Virus record (IMG/VR): IMGVR_UViG_3300044693_000272
Length of the DNA stretch: 64,000 bases
Strand: one strand, 5' to 3'
DNA from: a virus
Taxonomy: Duplodnaviria; Heunggongvirae; Uroviricota; Caudoviricetes
A model generated the notes under the pieces. The model worked only from the letters and a program-made list of their open reading frames with translations, did not search any database and was not told the origin of the DNA. Both the position numbers and the translations under genes were made by a program. This document shows positions 1 through 9,184 of this stretch, one piece after another. Position 1 is the first letter of the stretch; each line of letters begins with the position of its first letter.

Positions 1-171
1 AACCACATATTGTTTGTACACCATGGCGCGAGTGTCATCACTCTCATCAGTTCGTCCGTTGAACTGATTTACACGTTCCGCGAATGCTTCAGCCACTGCT
101 TCGTTATCAAACATGCCATAGCTACGGTCCAGACAATAGTCACGTTCAGCAACGTTGTACAGTGTTTTCAT
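1..171 (-). CDS. hypothetical protein, 5'-complete but 3'-truncated by window edge (MKTLYNVAERDYCLDRSYGMFDNEAV...)
   Basis: ATG at 169-171 with GGAGGG SD 7 nt upstream and a copy of the conserved promoter motif at 185-240; the open frame runs to position 1. Confidence 0.45.
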   Translation of the reverse strand, partial: MKTLYNVAERDYCLDRSYGMFDNEAVAEAFAERVNQFNGRTDESDDTRAMVYKQYVV

Positions 172-184
172 CTAATCGCCCTCC

Positions 185-240
185 ATGTAATCAGTAACCA
201 AATGATAAACTCACCTGAGTCGCGTGTCAAACAATTTCAC
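185..240 (-). promoter_or_regulatory. conserved phage promoter/operator element: -35 TTGACA (225-230), 17-nt spacer, -10 TATCAT (202-207)
   Basis: Matches the repeated consensus; precedes the gene 1-171. Confidence 0.5.
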
Positions 241-565
241 CCTTGAATCGCCACATCATATTGCAAGCATGCATTTCATCTTTGAAGAAGAAAGCAGGTG
301 ACAGCCGGTTTTGGTCTTTCTTTTCGATACCGTGAGCGTAACACCAAAAGTAATCTGTGAATCCACGCATCTTCATCCATTCGAAGACATCGTACAACCA
401 CAATTCAAGCACTGTGTTTTGATCATGTACGGTCGGAAAAACTACAGCATGCCAACCATGGCATACACGACGTTCAAACTTGATTGTCGGTTCATCCTTC
501 TTAGCATCAAGCATATTGTGCTTTTGTTGTTTGGGTTGCTTCTGCTTTTGATCCTGTTCTGCCAT
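227..565 (-). CDS. hypothetical protein (112 aa)
   Basis: ORF track; GAGGT upstream of ATG; same strand and packing as neighbours. Confidence 0.45.
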   Translation of the reverse strand: MAEQDQKQKQPKQQKHNMLDAKKDEPTIKFERRVCHGWHAVVFPTVHDQNTVLELWLYDVFEWMKMRGFTDYFWCYAHGIEKKDQNRLSPAFFFKDEMHACNMMWRFKGEIV

Positions 566-587
566 GGTTACCTCAAGAATGAATGAT

Positions 588-612
588 AGCCAGATGTTAC
601 AACCATCTGGCT
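588..612 (-). terminator. hairpin terminator after gene 631-933
   Basis: agccagatg-ttacaac-catctggct stem-loop with T-rich flanks. Confidence 0.4.
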
Positions 613-630
613 ATTTCATCAATGCTTATC

Positions 631-933
631 TTACTTTTCAACATTCACGCAGAAACCATATATCTGTGATAGTGATGTCCAACCATTTGTCCCGCCACGA
701 TTGTTACCTATCAGCACACGTTTACCATCAACGGCTTTGACGAGGTGTAGATACTGCGCTCCCATCACTTTACAAAGTACAATGTCCCCTTTCTCAGGTA
801 TTCGTGTACCTCTGGGCTCAACTGTAACAAGGTCTCCATCATTTACTAGCCCAGTCATTGAATGACCTCTAGGTCGAAACTGAATAGTCTCACCCTGAAG
901 CAATTTGCCAATGTAAATTGTTGCCCAACCCAT
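631..933 (-). CDS. S24 family peptidase domain protein (LexA/UmuD-like catalytic domain)
   Basis: Motif RGHSMTGLVNDGDLVTVEP ... GDIVL ... K resembles the GDSM...GD...K Ser-Lys dyad region of LexA/UmuD/signal peptidases. Confidence 0.5.
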   Translation of the reverse strand: MGWATIYIGKLLQGETIQFRPRGHSMTGLVNDGDLVTVEPRGTRIPEKGDIVLCKVMGAQYLHLVKAVDGKRVLIGNNRGGTNGWTSLSQIYGFCVNVEK

Positions 934-936
934 GTA

Positions 937-1095
937 TCAACCGTACTTCGAATATAGAAGCCCAATCACATAAGCGATCATACGAAACGGGCCGGTGATA
1001 ACATAATCGAGCCACTTCGGCAGTTGAAAGTTTGAAAGAATCCAAATGAAACCAACGAATAACCATACTACTAAAGCAATTCCAATGTAAATCAT
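937..1095 (-). CDS. small hydrophobic membrane protein (52 aa)
   Basis: Not in the ORF track (<60 aa); ATG at 1093-1095 preceded by AAGGTGA; hydrophobic MIYIGIALVVWLFVGFIWIL...; stop overlaps the start of the next gene. Confidence 0.35.
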   Translation of the reverse strand: MIYIGIALVVWLFVGFIWILSNFQLPKWLDYVITGPFRMIAYVIGLLYSKYG

Positions 1096-1107
1096 TATTT
1101 CACCTTG

Positions 1108-2016
1108 TTATGTGATAGCAGGTTTATCGAGACTTCCGAAGCCGTTCAATGTCGCTTGTTGAATGCGCTTGCCAAGTTCGCGATTACGCCAGCGCATTGC
1201 ACGAAGCGATCCGCGCCCAAACGAGAATAGATCATTGTCGGCAGCGAAACCGTCAACAATGTCATCACTAATCGCTCGCAGCACATCTTCGAGGCTCCAT
1301 TCGTAGTTACCATTTTCTGGGTGCCGTACTTCTGCTGAATGCCCGATATTAGTAAAGAACGATGCTTCATCCTTCAAGTCAACAAAAACCAAAGGCTGGT
1401 TGTTGAAGAATTTATACACATTGCCCCGTTCGACCACCTCCAACTCTGCTTCATTGACGTAAGTTGATCCGTGCCCAGTCTGGCGATATTCGTCGACTAG
1501 ATCAACATGATATGACACATCACGTTCCGAATCGCCGATATTATAATCAATGCGACGAATGCGACCGAATTTATAATGATCACGCCAACGATCAGGCATC
1601 CGATACCGAATATAGTCGAGCTCCCATCCCTTCGTGACAGGTAGATCACCAATTCTCTCGGCATTTTCGTATTTGTCGTCACATGCCGTATAGCCGATCA
1701 GTGCCGTTTCTTCGCGACGTTGTTGTGCTCGCCGTTCGAATTCTTTTCGATTGACCATCTCCAACTTATATGCATTTGGAGTCGTCACTGAGCCGTCATG
1801 ATCCCATTTAACTTGGCATGAACCATCCCTCACCCAGATACCAGGCTCTCTTGATACGAAGCCGTAACGTTCTTCGATTCTGGTCACTCGATTTTTGCCG
1901 ACGACAACACCTTTCGCACGATCCATCGGCGGATCACCTGGAGTCGGATAGTAATCTTGGCCACGCTTGAATATGACAGTGTCATCGATACGGAACAAAC
2001 TTTCGGTGAAAGACAT
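1108..2016 (-). CDS. hypothetical protein (302 aa)
   Basis: Long ORF; AAGGAGAG SD before the ATG. Confidence 0.6.
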   Translation of the reverse strand: MSFTESLFRIDDTVIFKRGQDYYPTPGDPPMDRAKGVVVGKNRVTRIEERYGFVSREPGIWVRDGSCQVKWDHDGSVTTPNAYKLEMVNRKEFERRAQQRREETALIGYTACDDKYENAERIGDLPVTKGWELDYIRYRMPDRWRDHYKFGRIRRIDYNIGDSERDVSYHVDLVDEYRQTGHGSTYVNEAELEVVERGNVYKFFNNQPLVFVDLKDEASFFTNIGHSAEVRHPENGNYEWSLEDVLRAISDDIVDGFAADNDLFSFGRGSLRAMRWRNRELGKRIQQATLNGFGSLDKPAIT

Positions 2017-2027
2017 TTATACTCTCC

Positions 2028-2219
2028 TTATGCAAGGTCGTAAAACGATGGTTCCGTATCGATTGCATGCAAACCTTTGAGACGTGCATCAATTTCAGCA
2101 CAAGCAACATCATATAACGGATGCATCTCGTTGGCCTCGATCTTTGCAAGCTCCAAGTCTGTCATCTTTGCAACCGTTTCGTAGTGCTTGCGGGCCGCCG
2201 TCGTGATCACTTTTGTCAT
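2028..2219 (-). CDS. hypothetical protein (63 aa)
   Basis: Promoter motif copy 2229-2281 immediately upstream; AAGGAG SD. Confidence 0.5.
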   Translation of the reverse strand: MTKVITTAARKHYETVAKMTDLELAKIEANEMHPLYDVACAEIDARLKGLHAIDTEPSFYDLA

Positions 2220-2228
2220 CTCCTTGTT

Positions 2229-2281
2229 TGTTTACCATGTTCAAATGATACGTTCACCTGAGTGAACGTTCAAGCACTTTT
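2229..2281 (-). promoter_or_regulatory. conserved promoter/operator element: -35 TTGAAC (2268-2273), 17 nt, -10 TATCAT (2245-2250)
   Basis: Spacer is a perfect palindrome GTTCAC-TCAG-GTGAAC; followed by TTGAACATGGTAAACA and AAGGAG. Confidence 0.55.
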
Positions 2282-2849
2282 AGTCGTAGAGGCTATAGCT
2301 GTGGATGCGCTTGTGGACGGGGCGCTTTTTCTTCGTTGCGCCCAAGCGCACCAGGAACGCTTCCACCTCGTCAAACGTCCAGCCCATCTCGCCAGTCCAG
2401 CCGTCCGTATTAAAGGAAACCCCAGAGCACCAGTTTCCCCCGTTACGTTCATTCGGTCGCCACGCAAGTTTTTTCGGAGTGCGCTGGTAATACGTGCCGC
2501 CCAGCAAGCCAGTCTGCGGGTCAAAGGTAAACCGCACAGTGCAAATGCTTTCCATCTCCTTCAGCAACTCACGTTCTTTTTCCGTAAGCGAAACTCGGAT
2601 CGCCATCTGCGCTTGATCGATGTACTGGTGATCAGTGAAGCCGAAGTGCTCTTTGAACTTCTTCTCCCACTGGCTGTGCGTGATACGCTCCAGCTTTTTG
2701 TAGTCCTTGTCATTCAGGTAATTCAGGACGGGGATCGACTCGCAGTCGAGATAATCGGCGAGATAGTCGATCAATTCATGCGAGTCTCGCACTTCGTCCA
2801 TCAGGTATTCCAAAACTGTTGCAACGCCTTGTTCGAAAGTGATCTGCAT
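2280..2849 (-). CDS. hypothetical protein (about 189 aa; start trimmed to MQITFEQ)
   Basis: The ORF-track N-terminus MNMVNNGG is read-through of the promoter motif at 2877-2927; ATG at 2849 follows GGCGGAG. Confidence 0.5.
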   Translation of the reverse strand: MQITFEQGVATVLEYLMDEVRDSHELIDYLADYLDCESIPVLNYLNDKDYKKLERITHSQWEKKFKEHFGFTDHQYIDQAQMAIRVSLTEKERELLKEMESICTVRFTFDPQTGLLGGTYYQRTPKKLAWRPNERNGGNWCSGVSFNTDGWTGEMGWTFDEVEAFLVRLGATKKKRPVHKRIHSYSLYD

Positions 2850-2876
2850 GTTTTGCACTCCGCCGTTGTTTACCAT

Positions 2877-2927
2877 GTTCAAATGATAAGTTCACTTGAA
2901 CGTAGCGTCAAGCGTTTTTACAGTTGG
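2877..2927 (-). promoter_or_regulatory. conserved promoter/operator element: -35 TTGACG (2915-2920), -10 TATCAT (2892-2897)
   Basis: Consensus copy upstream of 2280-2849. Confidence 0.5.
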
Positions 2928-3235
2928 GTTTTCATCTTGCGCAACATCTGGGCGATTGAATTGCAACCAGCTTCACGAGCGTTTCGTTCTTGCATACCAA
3001 GTTTGCCACCGCCTCGTTGGCCGCTTCTAAATTCGTGCCCACGCTCTTGAGCAAGCTTTGCTGCTTCTTCGAGCAATAGCTCACTAAACTTACGGAGCTC
3101 ATGTTGAATCATGATGCGTTCTTTCACGCCCTGTTCTTCACCGTTGGCGTCGATGACTTTGTCATTTTTGGATACATCAAAACCGGCTTGCTTCGCCAGT
3201 TCGAAAATATCGATAGATTCTTGTTTCTTAATCAT
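2918..3235 (-). CDS. hypothetical protein (about 105 aa; start MIKKQES)
   Basis: Trimmed promoter-motif artefact; ACGGAG SD upstream of the ATG at 3235. Confidence 0.5.
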   Translation of the reverse strand: MIKKQESIDIFELAKQAGFDVSKNDKVIDANGEEQGVKERIMIQHELRKFSELLLEEAAKLAQERGHEFRSGQRGGGKLGMQERNAREAGCNSIAQMLRKMKTQL

Positions 3236-3290
3236 AATCATCTCCGTAACATTTACCATAAAGATATGGTATGTTCATATGAACATGATG

Positions 3291-3602
3291 TCAAGGCTTC
3301 GGGGCGGGTGGATTAGGATGCGGTGGGGCAGAACTATTCGATGGCCATCGAATAACATATGGTTGATCAAGATCGTATGAGGAAAATATTGTTTCTCGAT
3401 AGCCTTGAGCCCAATCAACGAAACGGTACCACCATACCCAAAACAACGCAGCCAAAGCAAATTGAATGAAGGTGTTGATAGCAGGTTTCTGCAGTAAGTA
3501 CAGAAATGTAGGATATGCGATCAGAAATATAGCGACTGGAGCAAAGCACATCACGTAATATCGACGGCTTCCAATAGTCGGGCGTTGCAACCAAGACATC
3601 AA
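3291..3602 (-). CDS. hypothetical membrane protein with proline-rich C-terminus
   Basis: Hydrophobic segments; ORF track. Confidence 0.45.
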   Translation of the reverse strand: MMSWLQRPTIGSRRYYVMCFAPVAIFLIAYPTFLYLLQKPAINTFIQFALAALFWVWWYRFVDWAQGYRETIFSSYDLDQPYVIRWPSNSSAPPHPNPPAPKP

Positions 3603-3659
3603 TGCCTCTTAATGAATTTACCAAATGTATGGTAAATTCACTAGAAGTATTTGTCAACG

Positions 3660-4559
3660 TTATGGCAAAATTGCATCAAGAATAGCAACACAAGCTTTGG
3701 CAGTGCGAAGGTCGCCAGAATCACGCTCTGGATTATATTCGACCAATTCGAAGCCAATCAACTTGCGTTTGTTCATACTTTCAAATGTCCTTACTACATC
3801 AGATAGCCACAACCCACCATCTTCTGGTGAACCAACTCCTGGTGCATCAATAGGATCCAGACTATCAATGTCAAATGTGATGCCATAACCAACAGTTTCT
3901 TTTGAAACTATTTCAATAGCTTCGTCTAAGCAAACATCGAAACCACGGTCATGCACTTCTTCAATTCGCATAACGCGAACGCCAAGGCTTTCTAGTAGAT
4001 CTTCTTCACCCTTTTCACTGCTCCGTGCTCCGATCACCACTACATTTTGAGGACGTAGCTTTCGAACAACATCGTGTATGGTGGTGAGATTGCGGCTGCC
4101 ATACCCTAGAAGGCAGGCTAGAGGCATACCATGAGGAGCACCGCTTTCAGATGTTTGTGGAGTATGACTGTCAAGATGAGCATCAATCCAGATTAGACCA
4201 ATATCACCCATTGTTCGATAGAAATTAGCTATTGCACTCCAAGTGCCAATTGCACAGGAATGATCACCGCCAATTACGAGAGGGAAACGTTCTTTTGAGA
4301 GTGTAGAATGTACGGCATTGGCAAGTCTTGGCATATATTCTTCGACCACCGCCAATTTACCGTGTTCCAGCAAAGAAGCATCACTGGTTATAAAAGATCC
4401 CCATTGAAGGGGAATAGGAAGCTTTGAAATATGTTCTCGGAGTGCAAGAGGCCCTGATTTGCACTCCATGATCTGGGCGCCTTCGCCGATTGCTGCTAAA
4501 GTAATTTCGATATGTTGCACGACAATCTCCAGAAAATAATTGGCAAATGGCACAGACAT
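3660..4559 (-). CDS. arginase/agmatinase/formiminoglutamase-family ureohydrolase
   Basis: Binuclear-Mn signature motifs of the arginase fold: VIGGDHSCAIG, IWIDAHLDSHTP, SGAPHGMPLA. Confidence 0.7.
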   Translation of the reverse strand: MSVPFANYFLEIVVQHIEITLAAIGEGAQIMECKSGPLALREHISKLPIPLQWGSFITSDASLLEHGKLAVVEEYMPRLANAVHSTLSKERFPLVIGGDHSCAIGTWSAIANFYRTMGDIGLIWIDAHLDSHTPQTSESGAPHGMPLACLLGYGSRNLTTIHDVVRKLRPQNVVVIGARSSEKGEEDLLESLGVRVMRIEEVHDRGFDVCLDEAIEIVSKETVGYGITFDIDSLDPIDAPGVGSPEDGGLWLSDVVRTFESMNKRKLIGFELVEYNPERDSGDLRTAKACVAILDAILP

Positions 4560-4628
4560 CTATTATACAATGCCCGTGCCAATTTTGTTTTGAAATATTT
4601 ATTTCATCTGGGATTGCTTTAACAACGT

Positions 4629-4823
4629 CTAGATTTCCAAAATCATTTTCGCAATCAATGGTAGCCACAATGCGAAGAACCATCCAGACCACACAAGAAA
4701 CAGGAAATTCGTTGGAATCTTATCATAAGCTAGAGCAAGGCCATAAATCACGCACATGATAGGACACCAGATCAGAGTATATAGAATCGTGAATAATTTT
4801 TCTTTGTTCATTATTATAACCAC
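4629..4823 (-). CDS. small membrane protein (64 aa)
   Basis: Two predicted TM helices; ORF track. Confidence 0.35.
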   Translation of the reverse strand: MVIIMNKEKLFTILYTLIWCPIMCVIYGLALAYDKIPTNFLFLVWSGWFFALWLPLIAKMILEI

Positions 4824-4859
4824 ATGAGAGATTTCGTATTATAGCACAATGGTATGGCA

Positions 4860-4882
4860 GAAAGGGCTCATTTAGCCCTTTC
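4860..4882. terminator. hairpin terminator-like structure
   Basis: gaaagggct-cattt-agccctttc. Confidence 0.35.
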
Positions 4883-4902
4883 TATCATAGCTTGTAATCA
4901 GT

Positions 4903-5142
4903 TTAGACTGCGCTATCGATTTCGTTTGAAAGAATATCGAAATGGTACACAATATGTGGCAATTCATAGCGAATGAGAGAAATCAACTTACCTTCGCAAG
5001 CCGTACCGTAATTCTGGTCCGTTGCTTTCATCCATTCAAGCATCTCTGGCTTGTTCAACAACTTCACTGCATCGGTTAGTTTCTTATATGCATCAGCGAA
5101 ATCTTCTGTGAAGTCAATACTACTTTCATATTGAGCAGCCAT
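4903..5142 (-). CDS. hypothetical protein (79 aa)
   Basis: Promoter motif copy 5160-5215 upstream; terminator-like hairpin 4860-4882 downstream. Confidence 0.5.
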   Translation of the reverse strand: MAAQYESSIDFTEDFADAYKKLTDAVKLLNKPEMLEWMKATDQNYGTACEGKLISLIRYELPHIVYHFDILSNEIDSAV

Positions 5143-5242
5143 TTAAACCTCCGTTGTGTTGTTCACCATATATCAAATAATACATTCATTTGGTAACAAG
5201 TCAAGCAATATCATTCGTACTCTATCGTCAATCGTTGTCATA

Positions 5243-5692
5243 TTATTGCTCAATTGTGAAAGTTTCATAATCAACAATTAGATATGTCAGCCGATGATTA
5301 CGATGAAACATGAATAACACTTGTTTGGCGTTACAGTCAATCATGAAGTCGAATATTTCAACACTTGACAATTCACGCATTGATTGTTTGGTTTTTAGTT
5401 GGAAAACCATTCTCTTGTAACCAATTTCATGACAGTCATAGTAATGAAACGCATCTACTTTGAACTTTATCAAGTAATCATTAACAATCCGTCGTGACGA
5501 AAAATCCTTAACGATGGCATCGTGCAATGAAAAGTAATTACCGTTTGCCCCGCCCATAAACGCATCCGTGTCTTTACGTAGGTTGTAATATTGGGACAAG
5601 AATGCGATGTATTCTTCATCGTCTTCGAGACTAGAATCTGTATTCTGATGCCATTTAATGGTTTTGATAGCGTATCGTTCAAGCATATTCAC
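5243..5692 (-). CDS. hypothetical protein (149 aa)
   Basis: ORF track; GAGGTG before ATG. Confidence 0.5.
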   Translation of the reverse strand: MNMLERYAIKTIKWHQNTDSSLEDDEEYIAFLSQYYNLRKDTDAFMGGANGNYFSLHDAIVKDFSSRRIVNDYLIKFKVDAFHYYDCHEIGYKRMVFQLKTKQSMRELSSVEIFDFMIDCNAKQVLFMFHRNHRLTYLIVDYETFTIEQ

Positions 5693-5738
5693 CTCGGATT
5701 GATGATCATATAATCATATGATAGCATGACTGGTATGG

Positions 5739-5762
5739 CAAAAGCCCCTTTCGGGGCTTTTG
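5739..5762. terminator. GC-rich hairpin after the solute-binding protein gene
   Basis: caaaagcccc-tttc-ggggcttttg. Confidence 0.45.
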
Positions 5763-5782
5763 CGTTGTTGAAAACTAACGGT

Positions 5783-6700
5783 TTACTTGAAGTCGTAGTA
5801 TGTCCACAACCCCTTGTTGCCTGCTTCGACCACTTGCCACTTCGGGTGCGTTCCAACAGTGTCCTTCAGATCAGGTAGTGCTTGTACTTCGCACTGGCGG
5901 AATCGCTTCAGACCATCGAGCATCTGAGCCGAACTGTAAACCCGCGAGACCATCAAAGCTTCCGTAGCAACCGTCGGTACACCACGCTGCCCAAGGTTAC
6001 CATAGCTGACACGCGCCGGCTTGTAAACCTTAGCCAGAATACCTTGTTGCTGCGGCGTGATCATGAGCAGCTTGAAGCGTTGATCAAGATTTGCGACGGT
6101 CGAGAGCGGTGCTCCACCGACAGCAATGAACGCGTCGATATTACCAGCTTGTAGCGCTTTCGAGGCTTCGTCGTTTGACGAGAACTTGACGATGTTGTAA
6201 TTGATCTTGGTCAACGCTTTGATCACTTCAGCAGTTAATGCTGATCCGCCGACGGCGCCAACGTTGTGACCATTCAGGTCACCAATGTTGTTGAAGATCA
6301 CTTGCTTGCCACCGATCGAGAAACCACCAAGGCTCACCCCACCTTCATGCACACCATCTGCTCGAGCGACGAAGTGGACTTCTTCGGGATACAAAGTAAA
6401 CAGGGTTCGCACATTGTTCAGATCATCTTCCGATCGCGAACGCCAGAATAGAGCATCAGTTTGCACGATCGCGGCGTTCACTTTGTTCTGTTCGAGCATG
6501 TCGAGGTTTGCATTCGAGCCATTAGAATTCACCTCACGCAGTGAAACACTCTGGCATCGGCCCGATAGTTCCTTGAACATCGTCGAGTATGTTAGCTTAG
6601 GATCGCCCGTTGCAACCACCAGCGACTGCGCTTGTGCAACCGATGAAAAGATGATCAGTGCTGTCAGCGAGCCGACGAGACTAGCGATGAAACGTTTCAT
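5783..6700 (-). CDS. secreted periplasmic solute-binding protein (PhnD/TAXI-like fold)
   Basis: N-terminal signal peptide MKRFIASLVGSLTALIIFSSVAQA; size about 305 aa and alternating beta/alpha pattern typical of type II SBPs; AAGGAG SD. Confidence 0.55.
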   Translation of the reverse strand: MKRFIASLVGSLTALIIFSSVAQAQSLVVATGDPKLTYSTMFKELSGRCQSVSLREVNSNGSNANLDMLEQNKVNAAIVQTDALFWRSRSEDDLNNVRTLFTLYPEEVHFVARADGVHEGGVSLGGFSIGGKQVIFNNIGDLNGHNVGAVGGSALTAEVIKALTKINYNIVKFSSNDEASKALQAGNIDAFIAVGGAPLSTVANLDQRFKLLMITPQQQGILAKVYKPARVSYGNLGQRGVPTVATEALMVSRVYSSAQMLDGLKRFRQCEVQALPDLKDTVGTHPKWQVVEAGNKGLWTYYDFK

Positions 6701-6726
6701 GTAAATCTTCTCCTTGAAGTTGTAAA

Positions 6727-6921
6727 TCAGTTGCGGTTGTTGATCGAAAAATTGCTCATGCCATTATCTTGTGGCGCAGGCGTAGGGGTAGCTTGAGTTT
6801 CAGTCGATGTCTGTGATTGTGCAATCGGAGTCACCGAACTAGAGGAGAGACCGCCTTTCAGCATGAACATACCGACAGCCACGATAATGGCAAGTGCGCT
6901 AAAAATCAAACGAAATTTCAT
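6727..6921 (-). CDS. small membrane-anchored protein with Ser/Thr/Pro-rich tail
   Basis: N-terminal TM/signal segment; AAGGAGTGG SD. Confidence 0.4.
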   Translation of the reverse strand: MKFRLIFSALAIIVAVGMFMLKGGLSSSSVTPIAQSQTSTETQATPTPAPQDNGMSNFSINNRN

Positions 6922-6932
6922 CTCACCACTCC

Positions 6933-7703
6933 TTAAACGGTTGTGCGTTGAACGTTAATCTGGCCAAGCTGATTAAGAACTTGGCTCGGATTATCGGCAA
7001 GTGCCAACATTGTTGGCATATCTTCAACCGTAACGTCAATCGTCTTGTAATCCATCGCGATGGCCGTATCAAGCTGTGCGAATGACTGATTGACTGCATT
7101 TTGCACCGATTGCAATGCCGTTTGCTGCTTCATGAATTCGATTGGATCAAGTTGTTCGAATTCGGCCGTCGCTTCGTTTGCAGCAATAGCCGCTTGTGCC
7201 ATCTCCCACTTGTCGGCAGTGATGCTAATCAAATCACGCAGCGAATCAAGATCTTTTGCCCCCTGTCGCAAGCCCGCCAGCTGTTTGCCCAGCGCATATT
7301 TCATCTGGTTGAGCTGATTGGTGTACATTTGTGCATCTTCTGGGTACTTCTTGATATATCCAGCGACCTTGTCTGCAAAAGTACGAGTTGCCGTGTTGAA
7401 AAGTGTTACCTTTTCGGCGCGCGTTTGAAGCTGTTTATGCTTGTCGATCCACTGGTTTTGAAGGGTTTCGACCGGGTTCTTTTTTGCTTCATGCTTGATT
7501 GCCTTAAGTCCCAAGTTCCTGAACTTCATCTCAACCCACGGTGCGAAGTTCACAATGGCCAAGCCGCCGACAATCGCAACCCCCAGAGCAACCACGCCCT
7601 GAGCGGCGGTGACGAGAACCGGCTCAAACACAGCTACGGCACCGATTGCAAGACCATACTTGAGAGCAGTGGCGAGCTTTGTCGGTTTTGGTTCAGCTGA
7701 CAC
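6933..7703 (-). CDS. membrane-anchored coiled-coil protein (probable GTG start)
   Basis: AGGAGGCAAT precedes an in-frame GTG (VSAEPKPTKL...); TM segments then a long predicted coiled coil. Confidence 0.5.
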   Translation of the reverse strand: MSAEPKPTKLATALKYGLAIGAVAVFEPVLVTAAQGVVALGVAIVGGLAIVNFAPWVEMKFRNLGLKAIKHEAKKNPVETLQNQWIDKHKQLQTRAEKVTLFNTATRTFADKVAGYIKKYPEDAQMYTNQLNQMKYALGKQLAGLRQGAKDLDSLRDLISITADKWEMAQAAIAANEATAEFEQLDPIEFMKQQTALQSVQNAVNQSFAQLDTAIAMDYKTIDVTVEDMPTMLALADNPSQVLNQLGQINVQRTTV

Positions 7704-7813
7704 ATTGCCTCCTAAAAATGTTAACTTTGTAACGCCATGCATGATACACGATGCCAGCCAATTTCAAAGACTGGCAAACCACATACCTGTTGTTGGCACA
7801 CTACAATGAAACT

Positions 7814-8446
7814 TTATTTGATTAATGGCAGTAATGCCGTGAATGCCTTCTTAATCTTGCCATCAGGAATTGCTAACGATGTAAGCGTATCAAAGCATTG
7901 CGAAATTTCTACTGAATCAACCATGTTATATTGTTTCAAGATTGAGTCTTTCAAAATTTGATGTCGTTCGGCAATTTTTGCCGCTTTGCTTACTTTTCGT
8001 GCTTCTTCATTCGCTCTTTTAGATTCAGCAGAATTAAGCTCTTGAATGATATTCTTTTCAAATATCTCCAAGAATGGTGGGAAATCACCTAAATTCTTTA
8101 CTGTGAATCGACGCTGGAGGTTCCAATGAGAAAAGAAACGATCATATTCTGTATAATGGTAGCCACCACGATAACCAGCTCGCGTTGATTTGACTTCAAT
8201 CATACCATTAGCAAATACATTCACGCGTAGGACAACATCAATCGTATCGTCTTCGTGTTTGAATGTATAACGGACATAGCAATCAACACCACGATGTGAT
8301 GGAGACAATCTAAATGAAGCAGAATCACGAATCTTCGCAATTTCAGTTACCACCCATTTCTGATCTTCAGACATGGGTTTACCGGTATTCTTTAATATTG
8401 CAGTAAGCAAGCTCTTTTCAGCTTTTGTCGATTTAGTTGTTATCAT
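7814..8446 (-). CDS. tandem paralog family A, member 1 (210 aa)
   Basis: N-terminus MITTKSTKAEKSLLTAIL and C-terminus ...AFTALLPLIK are shared with the next four genes. Confidence 0.5.
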   Translation of the reverse strand: MITTKSTKAEKSLLTAILKNTGKPMSEDQKWVVTEIAKIRDSASFRLSPSHRGVDCYVRYTFKHEDDTIDVVLRVNVFANGMIEVKSTRAGYRGGYHYTEYDRFFSHWNLQRRFTVKNLGDFPPFLEIFEKNIIQELNSAESKRANEEARKVSKAAKIAERHQILKDSILKQYNMVDSVEISQCFDTLTSLAIPDGKIKKAFTALLPLIK

Positions 8447-8447
8447 C

Positions 8448-9176
8448 TTATTTTGATTCATCCGCTTTGTACGGATCACCTTTCAGCAATTTGGCATATG
8501 TTTCGAATTGCTGTTTAACCACTCGCTTACCATGCCAACCGTATGATCGAAAGATCATATCATATGCCCAGTTCACGATTTCATTTTCAACGAAACCATG
8601 ACTTGCTAGGATGTCTTCTTTCATCTTTCGCAAGCGTTCTTTCTCTTTTTCTTCTCGGATTTTTATATCAACTATTCTTTTTTCAGCATCCTTGATTTCT
8701 CTTGCAACATTGGTGGTTAGTTCTTTAAACAGAGCATCCAAATCGATTTCGTCACGCTTTTCTGATTTGAACGTGTATGACACACTGGTATGTCCGGCGT
8801 AATAACATGAATCTGAGCCTTCGTAGAAATGTTGGCCGTCTTTGAAACCAGCTCGAATTGCTACTATGATTAATTGGCGAAAGTTCGGATTTCTACCAGG
8901 GCCCCAATACGGTTTATTTGATACTCTTACATTTAGAGTAACATTGATTGGAACTTTCTCTTTCTTTTTGCGATCGTAATATGACAGCTTTGTTGTGAAC
9001 GTCAATACTTCACAAATATTATTATTCCAAGGCATGTCCTGATCGGGATTGATGAACTTGAATTTACCAGTATGTTTTTCCGCCAATTGTTGAGCAACAT
9101 ATTTCAAGTCAGCGTCGATTGTGAAAGAAGAAGTAAGTACGGCAGTGAGCAAATCACCTTCAGTTTTTGATGCCAT
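8448..9176 (-). CDS. tandem paralog family A, member 2 (242 aa)
   Basis: MASKTEGDLLTAVL N-terminus; same architecture as neighbours. Confidence 0.5.
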   Translation of the reverse strand: MASKTEGDLLTAVLTSSFTIDADLKYVAQQLAEKHTGKFKFINPDQDMPWNNNICEVLTFTTKLSYYDRKKKEKVPINVTLNVRVSNKPYWGPGRNPNFRQLIIVAIRAGFKDGQHFYEGSDSCYYAGHTSVSYTFKSEKRDEIDLDALFKELTTNVAREIKDAEKRIVDIKIREEKEKERLRKMKEDILASHGFVENEIVNWAYDMIFRSYGWHGKRVVKQQFETYAKLLKGDPYKADESK

Positions 9177-9184
9177 GGTTATTA

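Noticed and set aside
10-246. Plus-strand ORF 10-246 at the window start
   Set aside because: A minus-strand gene with SD, ATG and promoter copy occupies 1-171. The plus ORF lacks signals and is antisense to the block.
7090-7700. Plus-strand ORFs 7090-7317 and 7101-7700, and similar antisense ORFs throughout (for example 11359-11673, 14125-14504, 18369-18809, 28525-29040, 31539-32492, 48390-49049, 55110-55685)
   Set aside because: Each lies fully inside a better-supported minus-strand gene and has no RBS.
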